Shown here piece after piece: positions 39,538 through 49,904 of a stretch of DNA of 64,000 nucleotides. The position numbers and the translations under genes were made by a program. How positions within the stretch are numbered: the first letter of the stretch is position 1; each line of letters starts with the position of its first letter. The DNA is taken from contig CAXXWC010000021.1 of NCBI GenBank assembly GCA_963668645.2, positions 160,001 through 224,000 on the forward strand. Reading direction: 5' to 3'. This stretch comes from Desulfobacterales bacterium. GTDB lineage: Bacteria; Desulfobacterota; Desulfobacteria; Desulfobacterales; UBA2174. The notes under the pieces are model-generated. The model had not been told where the DNA came from, made no database searches, and saw only the letters and a list, made by a program, of their open reading frames with translations.

Positions 39538-39826
39538 ACCCCGGCGCCGTATCCCCCTGGATCCGCGCCCCGACGGTTTCCCACCCCATCCCATCCCGCC
39601 TTGCACATATGCAAGGCGGGCATTGCAGCCTCATTCCGGCCCGGCAACAGGAACATCCTGCCGTTATCGTTAAACATATTCAGTAATCCGAACACCGGTG
39701 GTGCAATCGGGCGTTGGCACCCGGTGATCATCCGCAAAGTCTTGCCAGGGTGCATGAGGTGCCTGTCGTACCGGAAAAATGTTTAAAATCAGGCAGTAAC
39801 CTTTTTACCGAGATCAACGTGAAGAT

Positions 39827-39841
39827 TGGCCGCCATGTTGC
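39827..39841 (+). promoter_or_regulatory. sigma54 -24/-12 promoter
   Basis: TGGCCGCCATGTTGC has exact GG-N10-GC spacing, about 66 bp upstream of the TauE gene and next to an enhancer-binding protein gene. Confidence 0.7.
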
Positions 39842-39907
39842 AAAAGCATTCGGATAAAAGCGCAGCGGGAACTTTACGCCAATCCGAACTTTATTAAGGA
39901 GGCTTTC

Positions 39908-40954
39908 ATGGAACAGGCCAAAAAAAGAATGGGGTGGGAAATCGCCGATGAGATCGAGGCGGCCAAGCCGACGATCATGGAGCGGCTCAAGCCGGAAAAA
40001 AGCGAAATCATCGCAGCCCTGTGGGGCTGTGCCGCCTTCGCCGTGGTCTTTATCATCGGCTGCTGGCTGGCGAGCAATCCCTTCGAGGGCTTCGCCCGGC
40101 TCCCCTCGGAAGTCGTCAAGGCCAAAGGCTGGGTGGGCACCAACGAGTGGACGATCTTCTGGTGGGTGGTGGTGCTGGCCATCGTCCTCGAGTTCCTCGA
40201 CGCCTCGGCCGGTATGGGATACGGCGCCGCCATGACCCCGCTGCTGCTCGTGCTCGGCTTCGACCCGAAACAGGTGGTCCCCGCGGTCATGATCCAGCAG
40301 GCCACCGCCGGGATCGTGGGCGCCTTTTTGCACCGGGAGTTCGGCAACGTGGAATGGAGCTGGAAGCCGATGACCGAACCGGTCAAGCTGGCCCTGATCA
40401 TCATCGGCACCGGGTGCATCACCGTGGGTCTTTCGGTGACCGCCGTTTACGCGGTCTTCAAGGTTCACAAGGTCTGGATCAAGCTCTACGTGGTTTTCCT
40501 GCTGCTGATGATGGGCGGGGCCATCCTGGTCAAGGGGGGCAAGGATCGACCTTACAAGCCGTGGAAAATGCTCTTTTTCGCCGCCCTGGGGGCCTTTAAC
40601 AAGGGGGTCGGCGGCGGCGGCTACGGGCCGGTGGTCACCGTCGGCGGGCTCTTGTCGGGGGTCCCGATAAAGAGCATGCTGGCTGTCACGGCCCTTAGCG
40701 AAGGTTCCGTCTGCGTCTTTTCCATCATCGTGTGGGTCGCCCTGGCCGTCTCGACCTCCATGACCATCGATTACCTGATCCTGCCATCGATGCTCCTGGG
40801 CAGCATGGTGGCCGCCGTGGCGGCCCCGTATGCGGTGAAAGTCTTTCCGGCCAAACTTTGGAAATGGGTGGTACCGATCTACTGCATCTTTCTGGGCGCC
40901 TTCAGCTTCTACAAGATCGGCCCGTCTCTGATGAAAAAACTCGGCGGCGGTTGA
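39908..40954 (+). CDS. sulfite exporter TauE/SafE family protein
   Basis: DASAGMGYG and GVGGGGYGP motifs; multiple TM segments; strong RBS. Confidence 0.88.
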   Translation: MEQAKKRMGWEIADEIEAAKPTIMERLKPEKSEIIAALWGCAAFAVVFIIGCWLASNPFEGFARLPSEVVKAKGWVGTNEWTIFWWVVVLAIVLEFLDASAGMGYGAAMTPLLLVLGFDPKQVVPAVMIQQATAGIVGAFLHREFGNVEWSWKPMTEPVKLALIIIGTGCITVGLSVTAVYAVFKVHKVWIKLYVVFLLLMMGGAILVKGGKDRPYKPWKMLFFAALGAFNKGVGGGGYGPVVTVGGLLSGVPIKSMLAVTALSEGSVCVFSIIVWVALAVSTSMTIDYLILPSMLLGSMVAAVAAPYAVKVFPAKLWKWVVPIYCIFLGAFSFYKIGPSLMKKLGGG

Positions 40955-41142
40955 TCCCGCAACGGCGCTTTGGCCGGCCGAACGGCATTCGACGTCCCCC
41001 TCCGCCTCGACGTCTCCCGCCGTTCGGCCGGCATCTTTTCAGGGGCAAGGATCGAAACACGCTGGCAAGCGTGCACCGGATTGCCCTGAACCTTTTCACG
41101 CCGGATGGACCGTACCGGCACAAAAATCAACCCACTAAAGTC

Positions 41143-42297
41143 TCATCCACTGCCCGACGCGGGCTTTAAAGACCGCCCCTTTACCGTCAAAACGGCCTGC
41201 AACCCGAGCAGGGTCGCAAAGGCGAGGTAGCCGGCGGCCGGGTGCCAGCGTTTGCAAAGGGTATCCACGGCCACGGCCGTCACACTCATGCCCAGCCCCC
41301 AGGCAAGGTAGTAGGCCCCCGAGATGCTCCCCTTGAGCGCATCGGGGGCCGTGTCGTTGAGCCGCGCCATGGATGCCAGGTAAAAGGCCCCCAGGCCGAA
41401 GGCCGCCAGCGTAAGCAACCCCATGGCCCCCCAGAGCCCGGCAAAGGGGAAAATCCCTATGCCCAGGGCCGCGGCGGCCAGCCCGAATTGCATGATCCGG
41501 CGCCGGCCGTGCCGGTCGGCAAGGGGGCCGACGATGATCTGCGAGATGCTGATCATCAGGTAGAACAGGACGAAAAAAAGGGCCGTCAGTCCGGCCAGGG
41601 CCCCGTGGCAAGAGATGAGAAACCCGGGAATCACAGTCAGAAACATGCCGTAGGCCCCGCCCCACAAGAATATCCCCCACAGGGCGCCGGCAACACCCGG
41701 GGCACCCAGCAGCCGCCCCACGTCGGCCGGCCGAATCCGGACACCGGCCGCCGGTACGGCGCCGTATTCCATTTTTGCTGTGGCCAGGATCGCCGCACCG
41801 GCCAGGCAGAGCGTCGCGTAAAGACCGAAGGCGGCCTGGCCGCGGCACAGATAGCCGACCACCGGCCCCAGGGTCAGACCGATATGGATGGCGGCGTTGT
41901 AGCGGCCCATGGCCGCGGCGCGCCGGTCGCCATAGTGCACCGAGAGCAGCGCCACGCCCAGGGACCATGCCGGGGCTTCCCCGGCTCCCTGCACCAGGCG
42001 TCCGAACAGCATAAGGCCCGGGCCTGAAGCCAGAGTAAAGATCAGCCCGGCCCCGGTGCAAACGAGGTAACCGGCAACCAGAAAGACCCTGGCCCCGTAC
42101 CGGTCGGCCAGATACCCCGCCGGCAGCTGGGACGCCACGTAAGTCACGGCAAAAAAGGTGCTCAAGAGCCCCAGGGAGGCTTGCTCGCCGGACAGGGCCA
42201 GCAGCCGCTGGGGCAGGATCGAGACGATGGCGCCCACGCCCACCATCATGCAAAAGGCTGCCAAAATCAGGGCAGCCTCCATTTGAAATCGTTTCAT
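41143..42297 (-). CDS. MFS transporter
   Basis: GYLADRYG and GPLADRHGRR (motif A); about 12 TM segments; start MKRFQ after AAGGA. Confidence 0.88.
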   Translation of the reverse strand: MKRFQMEAALILAAFCMMVGVGAIVSILPQRLLALSGEQASLGLLSTFFAVTYVASQLPAGYLADRYGARVFLVAGYLVCTGAGLIFTLASGPGLMLFGRLVQGAGEAPAWSLGVALLSVHYGDRRAAAMGRYNAAIHIGLTLGPVVGYLCRGQAAFGLYATLCLAGAAILATAKMEYGAVPAAGVRIRPADVGRLLGAPGVAGALWGIFLWGGAYGMFLTVIPGFLISCHGALAGLTALFFVLFYLMISISQIIVGPLADRHGRRRIMQFGLAAAALGIGIFPFAGLWGAMGLLTLAAFGLGAFYLASMARLNDTAPDALKGSISGAYYLAWGLGMSVTAVAVDTLCKRWHPAAGYLAFATLLGLQAVLTVKGRSLKPASGSG

Positions 42298-42605
42298 GAA
42301 TGCTTCCTTTCGAAAAACCGGTCCAGAAAAACCGGTGGGGTACCCACAGGTGCACTCCGGTCCCGGCCCGCTATCAGACGAGAACTGATGCCGACCGCTG
42401 GGCCCAGCAGGGCAGGTGGACGATTTTGGGAAAAAAGGCGCACGGGTAGACCGGCGGTGCGGCACGCAACTCACCCGTTGCCGCGCCCGTCTATAGGACC
42501 GCTATAAGACCGCCGGAGGTGCGCTTACCGTTAGAGGTATGCCGGGGGCGGTGGGGGAAGCAGGGGCAGGTACTCGTAAATGGCTTGCATGGAAATCCTT
42601 CCTTG

Positions 42606-42634
42606 TCAGTAGATCGCCTGGCGGCTTTCGGCGT
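42606..42634. repeat. 29-bp direct repeat of the ugpC 3' end (copy 1)
   Basis: TCAGTAGATCGCCTGGCGGCTTTCGGCGT is identical to 49905-49933. Confidence 0.9.
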
Positions 42635-42796
42635 GTCTTGCCGCCTCTGCCGGCAAGAATTAGTAGCCTATCCGGTCGGGGGCGTCAACTGCGCGGCAGC
42701 ATTTCCCGATGAATCCGAGTTTGTGGGTTCGAGGGGCGAAGACGGCCGGCCACGGTACCGGTCACAATGCCGGAGGTGCCGCGGCCGGCCGTTGAT

Positions 42797-44068
42797 TCAT
42801 CGCATCAGGCCCGGCAGAAAGAGGCTGATGCCGGGAAAGGCGCAGACCAGAAAGAGGGTGACCAGCATCGCAATCAAGAATGGAATCGCACCGCGGATCA
42901 CGACATCCGCGGGGGTTTTCGAAATGGAACTGCCCACGTAAAGCATGATCCCGACCGGTGGTGTGATCTGCCCGATGAGCACGGCCACGGCATAAATCAC
43001 GCCCAGGTGGATGAGACTGACGTTCAGTGTAATGGCGCAGGGCATGATGATCGGCAGGGTAACATAAAGAAGCGGGGTGCCTTCCATGAAAATCCCCATG
43101 ATGAGCAGCACGACCGAGACGCCGAGAATGAACGCCAGCGGCTTTAGCTTCCAGGCCACCACCAGATTGGTCATGGTCTGGGGAAAGCCCGTGAGCACGA
43201 GCACCTTGCCCAGGAGGGTCGCCGTACAGATGAGAAACAGCAGCATCGAAGTGACCCGCAGGGTGTCGTAAGCGGCGGTCTGAAAAGCCTTCCAGGTCAT
43301 TCCCCGATACCAGAAACCGGCCAGGATGGCGATTACGCATGCCACGGTGGCCGCCTCAGTCGGCGTGAAAATGCCACCGTAAATTCCTCCGAGAATCACG
43401 ACCGGAATCATCAAGGCGGGGATCGCATAGACGAAGGCCTTCCACCGCACTCCTGCCTGAACCGGTTCGAGCGCCTTGACTTTTTTGACCTTGCAGATGA
43501 TCACGGCCGTAATCATCAGCAAAGCCGCAGCCAGCAACCCCGGAATGATTCCGGCCATAAAGAGTGAAGCGATCGATCTTTCAACCAGCATGCCGTAAAT
43601 GATGAAGAAGAGACTCGGCGGAATCAGGTTCCCCAGGGTTCCGGTGACGCTGATCAGGCCGGCGGAGAACCCGTCGCTGTATCCCATCTCCCGCATCCTG
43701 GGAATCATGAGCGTTCCGATGGCCGCGATGGTCGCGGCCCCGGAACCGGTCAGCGCTCCGAAAAACACACAGGCGATCACGGCGCTGGCGGCAATGCCAC
43801 CCGTAATGTGGCCAAGCAGTGCCTGGATAAAATCGAGCAGCGCCTTGGCCGAATTCGAACGGATCATCAGGTTGCCGGCAAATACGAACAGGGGCACCGC
43901 CACCCAGGTGAAGTGATCCAGGTTGCCGTACATCATGTTGGAAATGCTGGAAAACGGCATGGAGTTGTGAAAAATCAAGACAATGGCGGCGCCCAGGCCG
44001 AACGAGACGGCAATCGGCACGCCGATGACGAACAGGCCGAACGCAAGTACCAGTCCGATGGTCAGCAT
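42797..44068 (-). CDS. dctM: TRAP transporter large permease
   Basis: AVPLFVFAGNLM, LIPPS, GGIYGGIFTPTEAA, ITPPVG. Confidence 0.92.
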   Translation of the reverse strand: MLTIGLVLAFGLFVIGVPIAVSFGLGAAIVLIFHNSMPFSSISNMMYGNLDHFTWVAVPLFVFAGNLMIRSNSAKALLDFIQALLGHITGGIAASAVIACVFFGALTGSGAATIAAIGTLMIPRMREMGYSDGFSAGLISVTGTLGNLIPPSLFFIIYGMLVERSIASLFMAGIIPGLLAAALLMITAVIICKVKKVKALEPVQAGVRWKAFVYAIPALMIPVVILGGIYGGIFTPTEAATVACVIAILAGFWYRGMTWKAFQTAAYDTLRVTSMLLFLICTATLLGKVLVLTGFPQTMTNLVVAWKLKPLAFILGVSVVLLIMGIFMEGTPLLYVTLPIIMPCAITLNVSLIHLGVIYAVAVLIGQITPPVGIMLYVGSSISKTPADVVIRGAIPFLIAMLVTLFLVCAFPGISLFLPGLMR

Positions 44069-44565
44069 TTTCCACCCTCCTCCTTGAGTTGCTGGATGTT
44101 GTGCAGCATCCTTTCGATCGCGTGGAAAACGAAGAAGGCCATTCCCAGCGGCAGGCAGAGCTTGACGATCCATACCGGCACCGGGATCGAAGTAATCGAG
44201 CGGACGTGGATCATCTTCGTCATCATCACATCCGACCAGCAGGCATATAGAAAGAAGACACCAAAAACGATCATTACAGTGGAAATGAACATCTCAAATA
44301 TCGTTCGTGTTTTTCCTTTCAACATTTTCGGGAAAAGATCCACCGCCAGATGGGCCTCTTCCTTGATATTCACGCCGATAAAGGCAAATACGCTCCAGAT
44401 CATGAGCCAAACCGTCCACTCTTCGGCAACCCCGAAGGTGATTTTGAACGTGTATCGGGATACGATATTGACAAATATCATGGCGATCATCAGCACGAGC
44501 GCCACCAACCCTGAAACCTTGATCGTTTTTTCCAAACAATCGCTAATCCTCGTTATGATCTGCAT
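44062..44565 (-). CDS. dctQ: TRAP transporter small permease
   Basis: Four TM segments, SRY...EE, HLAVD. Confidence 0.88.
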   Translation of the reverse strand: MQIITRISDCLEKTIKVSGLVALVLMIAMIFVNIVSRYTFKITFGVAEEWTVWLMIWSVFAFIGVNIKEEAHLAVDLFPKMLKGKTRTIFEMFISTVMIVFGVFFLYACWSDVMMTKMIHVRSITSIPVPVWIVKLCLPLGMAFFVFHAIERMLHNIQQLKEEGGKC

Positions 44566-44675
44566 TGATTTGCTCCTGTATTGCGGCGTCTTTCCGGCCG
44601 TTTCCGGCAAGACGCCGCATCGCAGCACAGTTCCCGGCCTGCTGCTTTCCAGTGCGGACCGGGCCGGGTGAGGAT

Positions 44676-45761
44676 CTAATTTTTGAACCTTTCGATGATG
44701 TCGACGCCGGTTGCCGTGTAATTGGGGGCCAGTTCCCGGGCCTTGTTTATGATTTCCCACCCGTACTTGTTACCGAGTTTCTCATACAGGGGCTTTTCCG
44801 CGTCAATCCAACGCTGCTCTTCCTCGGGCGAAAGGGTCGTAACCGTAAATTTCCCCTGCTTTACAAGATCTGAAATTTCGCTCCATACTTTCAGGCGCAG
44901 TTCTTCCGACCCTTTTTCATATGCCTCGGCGGCAGTCTGAATGGCCTTGACCAATTCGGGTTTGAGCTCGTCCGGCACCTTGCTTTTCCACCACTGGGTG
45001 TTGACCACAAACCAGGAATAGCTGGAGTTGATATTGAACAATGTCACGTTATTGCAATAATCCATCAACCTGAAGATATTCCACCCGTTCTCGTTGGTCA
45101 TGATTCCGTCGATCATTCCCGTCTGAAAACCGCTGACGACCTCCGGCACCGCCATGCTGATCGTCGAGGCCCCGAGCAGCTCGGTCACGTCGGTGAAGGC
45201 CATTCCCGGCGCGCAGCGAATCTTCAAGCCTTTGAAGTCGTCGATGCTCTTGATCGGCTTCTTGTTGTTCCAGTATTTGTAAAAAAAGCTGGTGGAGCGA
45301 TAAGGGCATATCACCGTTATGCCCAGTGTTTCGATTTTCTCAAACATCTCCTTTCCCTGGGCCGTTTGGGCCAGGGTGTCATAGCAGTGCTGGGGGGATT
45401 TGAAGAGAAAAGGCAGGTCCAGAAGCTGAAACTCGGGATAATTCATGCTCAGATAGGAGCTGACTTCCCCGCTGAATTCAAGCCCGCCGATCTTGATCTG
45501 ATTGCGTGCTTCGGCGGTCGAGTAAAGCGAATTTCCCGGGTAGTGCTCGAACTTGATCTTGTCTTTCAATATCGGACTGGCGTTGATGTAGTTTTCGACG
45601 GCCTGACCGGCCAACGCCGCCGGATTCGTCATCGAGTAACCGTGCGCATAACGCATCATGATTTTCTTTGCAGCGACAGCCGGATGAACGGTTATCGCCA
45701 TGACGGCCAAAAGGACAACCGTGCCGGTAAAAAAGGGGAACCTTGCTTTTCTCGCTTTCAT
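44676..45761 (-). CDS. dctP: TRAP transporter substrate-binding protein
   Basis: Signal peptide, DLPFLF, DFKGLKIR, QTGMIDG. Confidence 0.9.
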   Translation of the reverse strand: MKARKARFPFFTGTVVLLAVMAITVHPAVAAKKIMMRYAHGYSMTNPAALAGQAVENYINASPILKDKIKFEHYPGNSLYSTAEARNQIKIGGLEFSGEVSSYLSMNYPEFQLLDLPFLFKSPQHCYDTLAQTAQGKEMFEKIETLGITVICPYRSTSFFYKYWNNKKPIKSIDDFKGLKIRCAPGMAFTDVTELLGASTISMAVPEVVSGFQTGMIDGIMTNENGWNIFRLMDYCNNVTLFNINSSYSWFVVNTQWWKSKVPDELKPELVKAIQTAAEAYEKGSEELRLKVWSEISDLVKQGKFTVTTLSPEEEQRWIDAEKPLYEKLGNKYGWEIINKARELAPNYTATGVDIIERFKN

Positions 45762-45848
45762 CGATTCGCATCCTTTCTGCTCAACTATGTACCTTGTCCG
45801 ACCAGAATCCATCCGAAAACGCCTCGGTCCATTGGCTACCTGCGTTTT

Positions 45849-47972
45849 TTATCGAAGTACGGCCAGCGCATCGGCCGCCACAGCACCTTTTCCCTTCTCG
45901 AAGACGATCAACGGATTGATGTCCAGCTCCACGATACGATCCTTGAGGACCGTTGCCATCTCGGAGATCTTGAGCAACACGTCTACCAGGGCTTCAATGT
46001 CTCTTGGCGTTCCCCCCCTGGCCCCCTTCAGCAGCGGATAGGCCTTCAGCTCCTCCAGCATTTCGACGATATCGAAACGGCTCAGGGGCAGGATCCGGCT
46101 CGACACGTCCTTCATCACTTCGACGAAAATGCCGCCCAGACCGACGACCAGTACCATCCCGTAGTTGTCGTCGTTCTTCAGTCCGACCAGCAACTCGATG
46201 CCTTTCGGCACCATGTTGGAAACCATGATCCCTTCGATGCGAGCGCCCGCAGCGGCCTTTTGTACGTTGTTGATGATCGTTTCATAGGCTTTGCCGGCTT
46301 CGGGCGCAGACGGCAGGTTCAATGCCACGGCACCGATGTCCGACTTATGGGGAATATCGGCGGAGACCACTTTGAGGACCACCGGAAAGCCGATACGCTC
46401 GGCGGCCGCCACGGCTTCGTCCCTTGATTTTGCCACGATGTCGGTTGTGACCGGTATGCCGAATTGTTTCAGGATCTTTTTCGAAGTGAACTCATCCTGC
46501 TTGCCACTGAGACCGGCGGACGGATCAGGGCAGTCCGGCCCCTGACCGGATCCCGGGCACGATTGTCCACAGGACCGCTTCTGATGTTTTTCGATCTCCA
46601 GGCGAAAGCGATTCATCTGCCCGAGGGCATAGATGCATTTGCCAGGATGCTCGTAGAGGGGGATTCCGTTCTTGGCAAAGTCGCTGCGGATCTGATCGTT
46701 GCAGGCCATCCAGGTTACGAAAATCGGTTTGTCCGTACCTTTGTCAAGCTTTTCGATGGGCGGAATGAGCACGTCTTTCAGATGCTCTAAAAGTCCGATG
46801 AAGATAACGACGGCGTCCGTACCGGGATCGTTGGCGGCACAGCGGATCGCATCCGAAAATTTTTCAGGATCTCCCAGGACCTGGGCCGTCAGGTCGACCG
46901 GGTTGTTGGGCGACCCGAAATACGGAATCAGCGAACGCAGTTTTTCGACCGTTTTGTTCTCAAAGGTATGAACATTCAAGCCGAACCGTTCGCAATCATC
47001 GGCCATCACCACACCGGCACCTCCGGAAATCGAAACGATGGCAACGTTCGGCCCCTTGATTCTCTTGGACATATTGAAGGCCTTGACGCAGTCGAGCAAT
47101 TGCTCCGTGCCATACACTCTCAATATTCCGGTTTGCTTGAACAGGGCTTCGACCAGATTGTCCCCTCCGGCAATGGAACCGGTATGCGAGGCGGCCGCCT
47201 GGCTGCCGGCTTTGGAAGTGCCGGCTTTCATGACGATCAGCGGCTTTTCATTTTCCAGCGCTTTGTTGGCGCATAGACGCAGTTTCGGAACGTCGTTGAT
47301 CGCTTCCAGGTAGGCGGCCACGGCCTGCGTGTTTTCGTCATCGAGTACATATTCGATGTAATCGGAGGTCGTGAGCTGGGCCTCGTTGCCGCTGCTAATC
47401 ATATAGCTGAAGCCGATGCCCATCTCCTTGGCCATGCCGTAAAAATGGTACCCCATCGCACCGCTCTGGGAGCAAAACGCGATCGGCCCTTTGCGGTAGG
47501 CCCCACGTACCAGCGATCCGGTGAAGGTGGCGGGAATGTCGTCCCAATGATCGATGAAACCCTGACAATTGGGACCCGATATCAGCAAGTTGCTTTTCTC
47601 GGCGATCTCGACGATCCTCTGTTGCAGCGCCTTTCCCTCTTTTCCGGCCTCCGAAAACCCGGATGAAATGATCAGTGCCGCCTTGATGCCCTTTTGCACC
47701 GCTGCTTCAAGGGCGGCGGGTACGAATTCGGCGCGTATCGACACGATGAGCAGGTCGGCCGGTTCGGGCAGAGCGTCGATTCCCGGATAGCATTCAAGCC
47801 CCTGCAGCGTCGTGTATTTCGGGTTGACCGGATAGATCTTTCCTTTGAACCCATACTGTTTTAAAAATTTTATCGGCCGGCCACCGATGCTGTTGTCGTT
47901 TGCCGATGCGCCCAGCACGGCGATACTGCTCGGTTTCAGAAGTGCACTCAAACGGTTTTGCGGCGTTGTCAT
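45849..47972 (-). CDS. NDP-forming acyl-CoA synthetase (acetate-CoA ligase family, fused alpha/beta)
   Basis: CoA-binding domain, GPNCQG, SQSG, AASHTG, NPVDL, ATP-grasp HKSD, ELDINPL. Confidence 0.92.
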   Translation of the reverse strand: MTTPQNRLSALLKPSSIAVLGASANDNSIGGRPIKFLKQYGFKGKIYPVNPKYTTLQGLECYPGIDALPEPADLLIVSIRAEFVPAALEAAVQKGIKAALIISSGFSEAGKEGKALQQRIVEIAEKSNLLISGPNCQGFIDHWDDIPATFTGSLVRGAYRKGPIAFCSQSGAMGYHFYGMAKEMGIGFSYMISSGNEAQLTTSDYIEYVLDDENTQAVAAYLEAINDVPKLRLCANKALENEKPLIVMKAGTSKAGSQAAASHTGSIAGGDNLVEALFKQTGILRVYGTEQLLDCVKAFNMSKRIKGPNVAIVSISGGAGVVMADDCERFGLNVHTFENKTVEKLRSLIPYFGSPNNPVDLTAQVLGDPEKFSDAIRCAANDPGTDAVVIFIGLLEHLKDVLIPPIEKLDKGTDKPIFVTWMACNDQIRSDFAKNGIPLYEHPGKCIYALGQMNRFRLEIEKHQKRSCGQSCPGSGQGPDCPDPSAGLSGKQDEFTSKKILKQFGIPVTTDIVAKSRDEAVAAAERIGFPVVLKVVSADIPHKSDIGAVALNLPSAPEAGKAYETIINNVQKAAAGARIEGIMVSNMVPKGIELLVGLKNDDNYGMVLVVGLGGIFVEVMKDVSSRILPLSRFDIVEMLEELKAYPLLKGARGGTPRDIEALVDVLLKISEMATVLKDRIVELDINPLIVFEKGKGAVAADALAVLR

Positions 47973-48051
47973 CGATCTTCCTCCAACCGATTATTTTCAT
48001 ACCGGGCACCGCCGTCAGTCCCAGGCGGTGCCCGCAAAGCTCACGTTTTGC

Positions 48052-48507
48052 CTAATCGAGATTCCAGGCCTTGCGCATTCTTTCGGCGGACCCGGCCTCC
48101 TTGTACTCTCCGAGCCATTCCATTACCTGAAGCACCGCCCCGAACGAGTTTCTCTTTCCGACCAGCACTTCGCGCCGCACCCCGTCAATTTCCTTGTAGG
48201 CCGAATACTTTGCCCCGAGGCCGTCCAAAAGCTTCATGAAGTCGTCGAGACTTTCGACATCGATGCCGATGTGCTGCAAACTTTCGCCGTATCTTGCGAT
48301 ATGATCAGCAACGAAGCTGTCTTCGGACGTGGCTTCGAGAAGACCGATGATCATATCGCCTCCGACCGTATAGGCATCTGATCGATATTTCATCTTTTCA
48401 TTGCTGACCTGCATCAGCAGCTTGGCCCCGTAAATCTCGGTCAGCCTCTTGCCCACTTCCGTCATGTTCTTTACGGCAAAACTGATATGATCGACTTTCT
48501 TCAGCAT
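48052..48507 (-). CDS. VOC family protein (methylmalonyl-CoA epimerase-like)
   Basis: DHISFAV, GESLQHIGIDV. Confidence 0.85.
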   Translation of the reverse strand: MLKKVDHISFAVKNMTEVGKRLTEIYGAKLLMQVSNEKMKYRSDAYTVGGDMIIGLLEATSEDSFVADHIARYGESLQHIGIDVESLDDFMKLLDGLGAKYSAYKEIDGVRREVLVGKRNSFGAVLQVMEWLGEYKEAGSAERMRKAWNLD

Positions 48508-48554
48508 CTGTCAGTTCCTTTCACCTTGAAGTCATCTTTCTGCCGCCATTTCAA

Positions 48555-49292
48555 TCATGACTTTCTGTTTTGTTTTTCGGTTTCAAACGTTTTCAGGCGC
48601 TTTCCGACATCCAAAAGGTGCAGCTTGAACAGATCAGCCGCCTGTTCATGATCCCTGGCGATGACCAACGCCAGGATCTTCCGGTGGTCTTCGACAACCT
48701 GTCTGGACGTATCCAGGTCGGCGGCGATCTCACCAAGCAGAGCCCCATGCACGGCCATGATGCACTCCATGATCATCACGAAGACATGGTTCTTGGTCGC
48801 CCTGGCCAGCAGCTTGTGAAAGCGCACGTTGTCCTCGGTGGCCATGATGTTGTTTTCAACTTTTTCCTGGGCGGCTTTGACATTTTCGGTGAGCACCGCA
48901 ATATCGCCGTCGTCCCGGTTGTCGATGGCATAACGCAGAACGACACTTTCCATTTCAAGCCGTGCGGTCACCAGTTCATCGATGGACACCTTTCGCAGCC
49001 GGAAAACATCCAGGCTGAGATTTCTCATGGTCCGGTGGAGCATGTCCTGCACCACCGGCCCGCCCCTGCCGCCGGTCTGGATCGTGATGAACCCCTGCAT
49101 TTCCAGCAGGCGCAGCGCTTCTCGGGTCGTCTGGCGCCCCACGTTGAACTGCCGGGAAAGCTCGATTTCCGAGGGCAGTTTGTCGCCCGGATTCAAATCT
49201 CCGTTGAAAATCAGTTCTTTGATGTGATCCGAAACCGCCTCAAAGGCTCTGGTGCTCTTCAGGGGGTGAAACAGACCGGGTTTGTCACTCAT
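48555..49292 (-). CDS. GntR/FadR family transcriptional regulator
   Basis: GDKLPSE..L...FNVGR.T.REAL HTH; FCD domain. Confidence 0.92.
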   Translation of the reverse strand: MSDKPGLFHPLKSTRAFEAVSDHIKELIFNGDLNPGDKLPSEIELSRQFNVGRQTTREALRLLEMQGFITIQTGGRGGPVVQDMLHRTMRNLSLDVFRLRKVSIDELVTARLEMESVVLRYAIDNRDDGDIAVLTENVKAAQEKVENNIMATEDNVRFHKLLARATKNHVFVMIMECIMAVHGALLGEIAADLDTSRQVVEDHRKILALVIARDHEQAADLFKLHLLDVGKRLKTFETEKQNRKS

Positions 49293-49321
49293 GCTTCCTC
49301 CTACTATGATCTATCTATTTG

Positions 49322-49334
49322 TCAGACAGTCTGA
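49322..49334. promoter_or_regulatory. candidate FadR-family operator
   Basis: Perfect palindrome TCAGAC-A-GTCTGA, overlapping TTGTCAGACA, 30 bp upstream of the regulator start. Confidence 0.6.
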
Positions 49335-49904
49335 TTGTTAGCCCATTAATATTCCTTTACCGCGATGTCAACAGATATTTTGATCCGTCACGGCCATCAC
49401 GGCACTATTTGAGATAACCCATTTTTTACGCAGGATTTTTTCCGTTACACGTGCGGTATACCCCTGGCGGTTTGATGAAGCGTCGACCGGTGTTGCCGAT
49501 GCAAAAGGCCGGGTCAACCATTATGCGGGATATTGTGACGGGCTTGCGATATCCGGCTGGATGTTTCCGCTATTTGCCGGCTTTCGGACAGGTAGCGATC
49601 AGCCGGTGGTCGTTCCGGCACAGCGGCAGACGTACGCTGTCTGAAGACCCGTAGGGCCCGTGGGTCGCAACGCGGCGGATTTTCTCAATGCTTCGCCCGG
49701 GAAGGCTGAAAGAGATGAACCGCGGCGTGGTGTAAACACGGCCGGGTCCGGTGCCGCGCATTGCGCGGCCTTGGGCGGCAGTTTGCACGTGCGAGCGGCG
49801 CGGTAGCCGGAAGCCCGTTGCCTTGAGAAGAGAAAATCCGGCCAAATCAGGAGGATTTGGCCGGGGAACGCGGTCTTTTTGCCAGAGGCTGTATTCGCCG
49901 GCCT

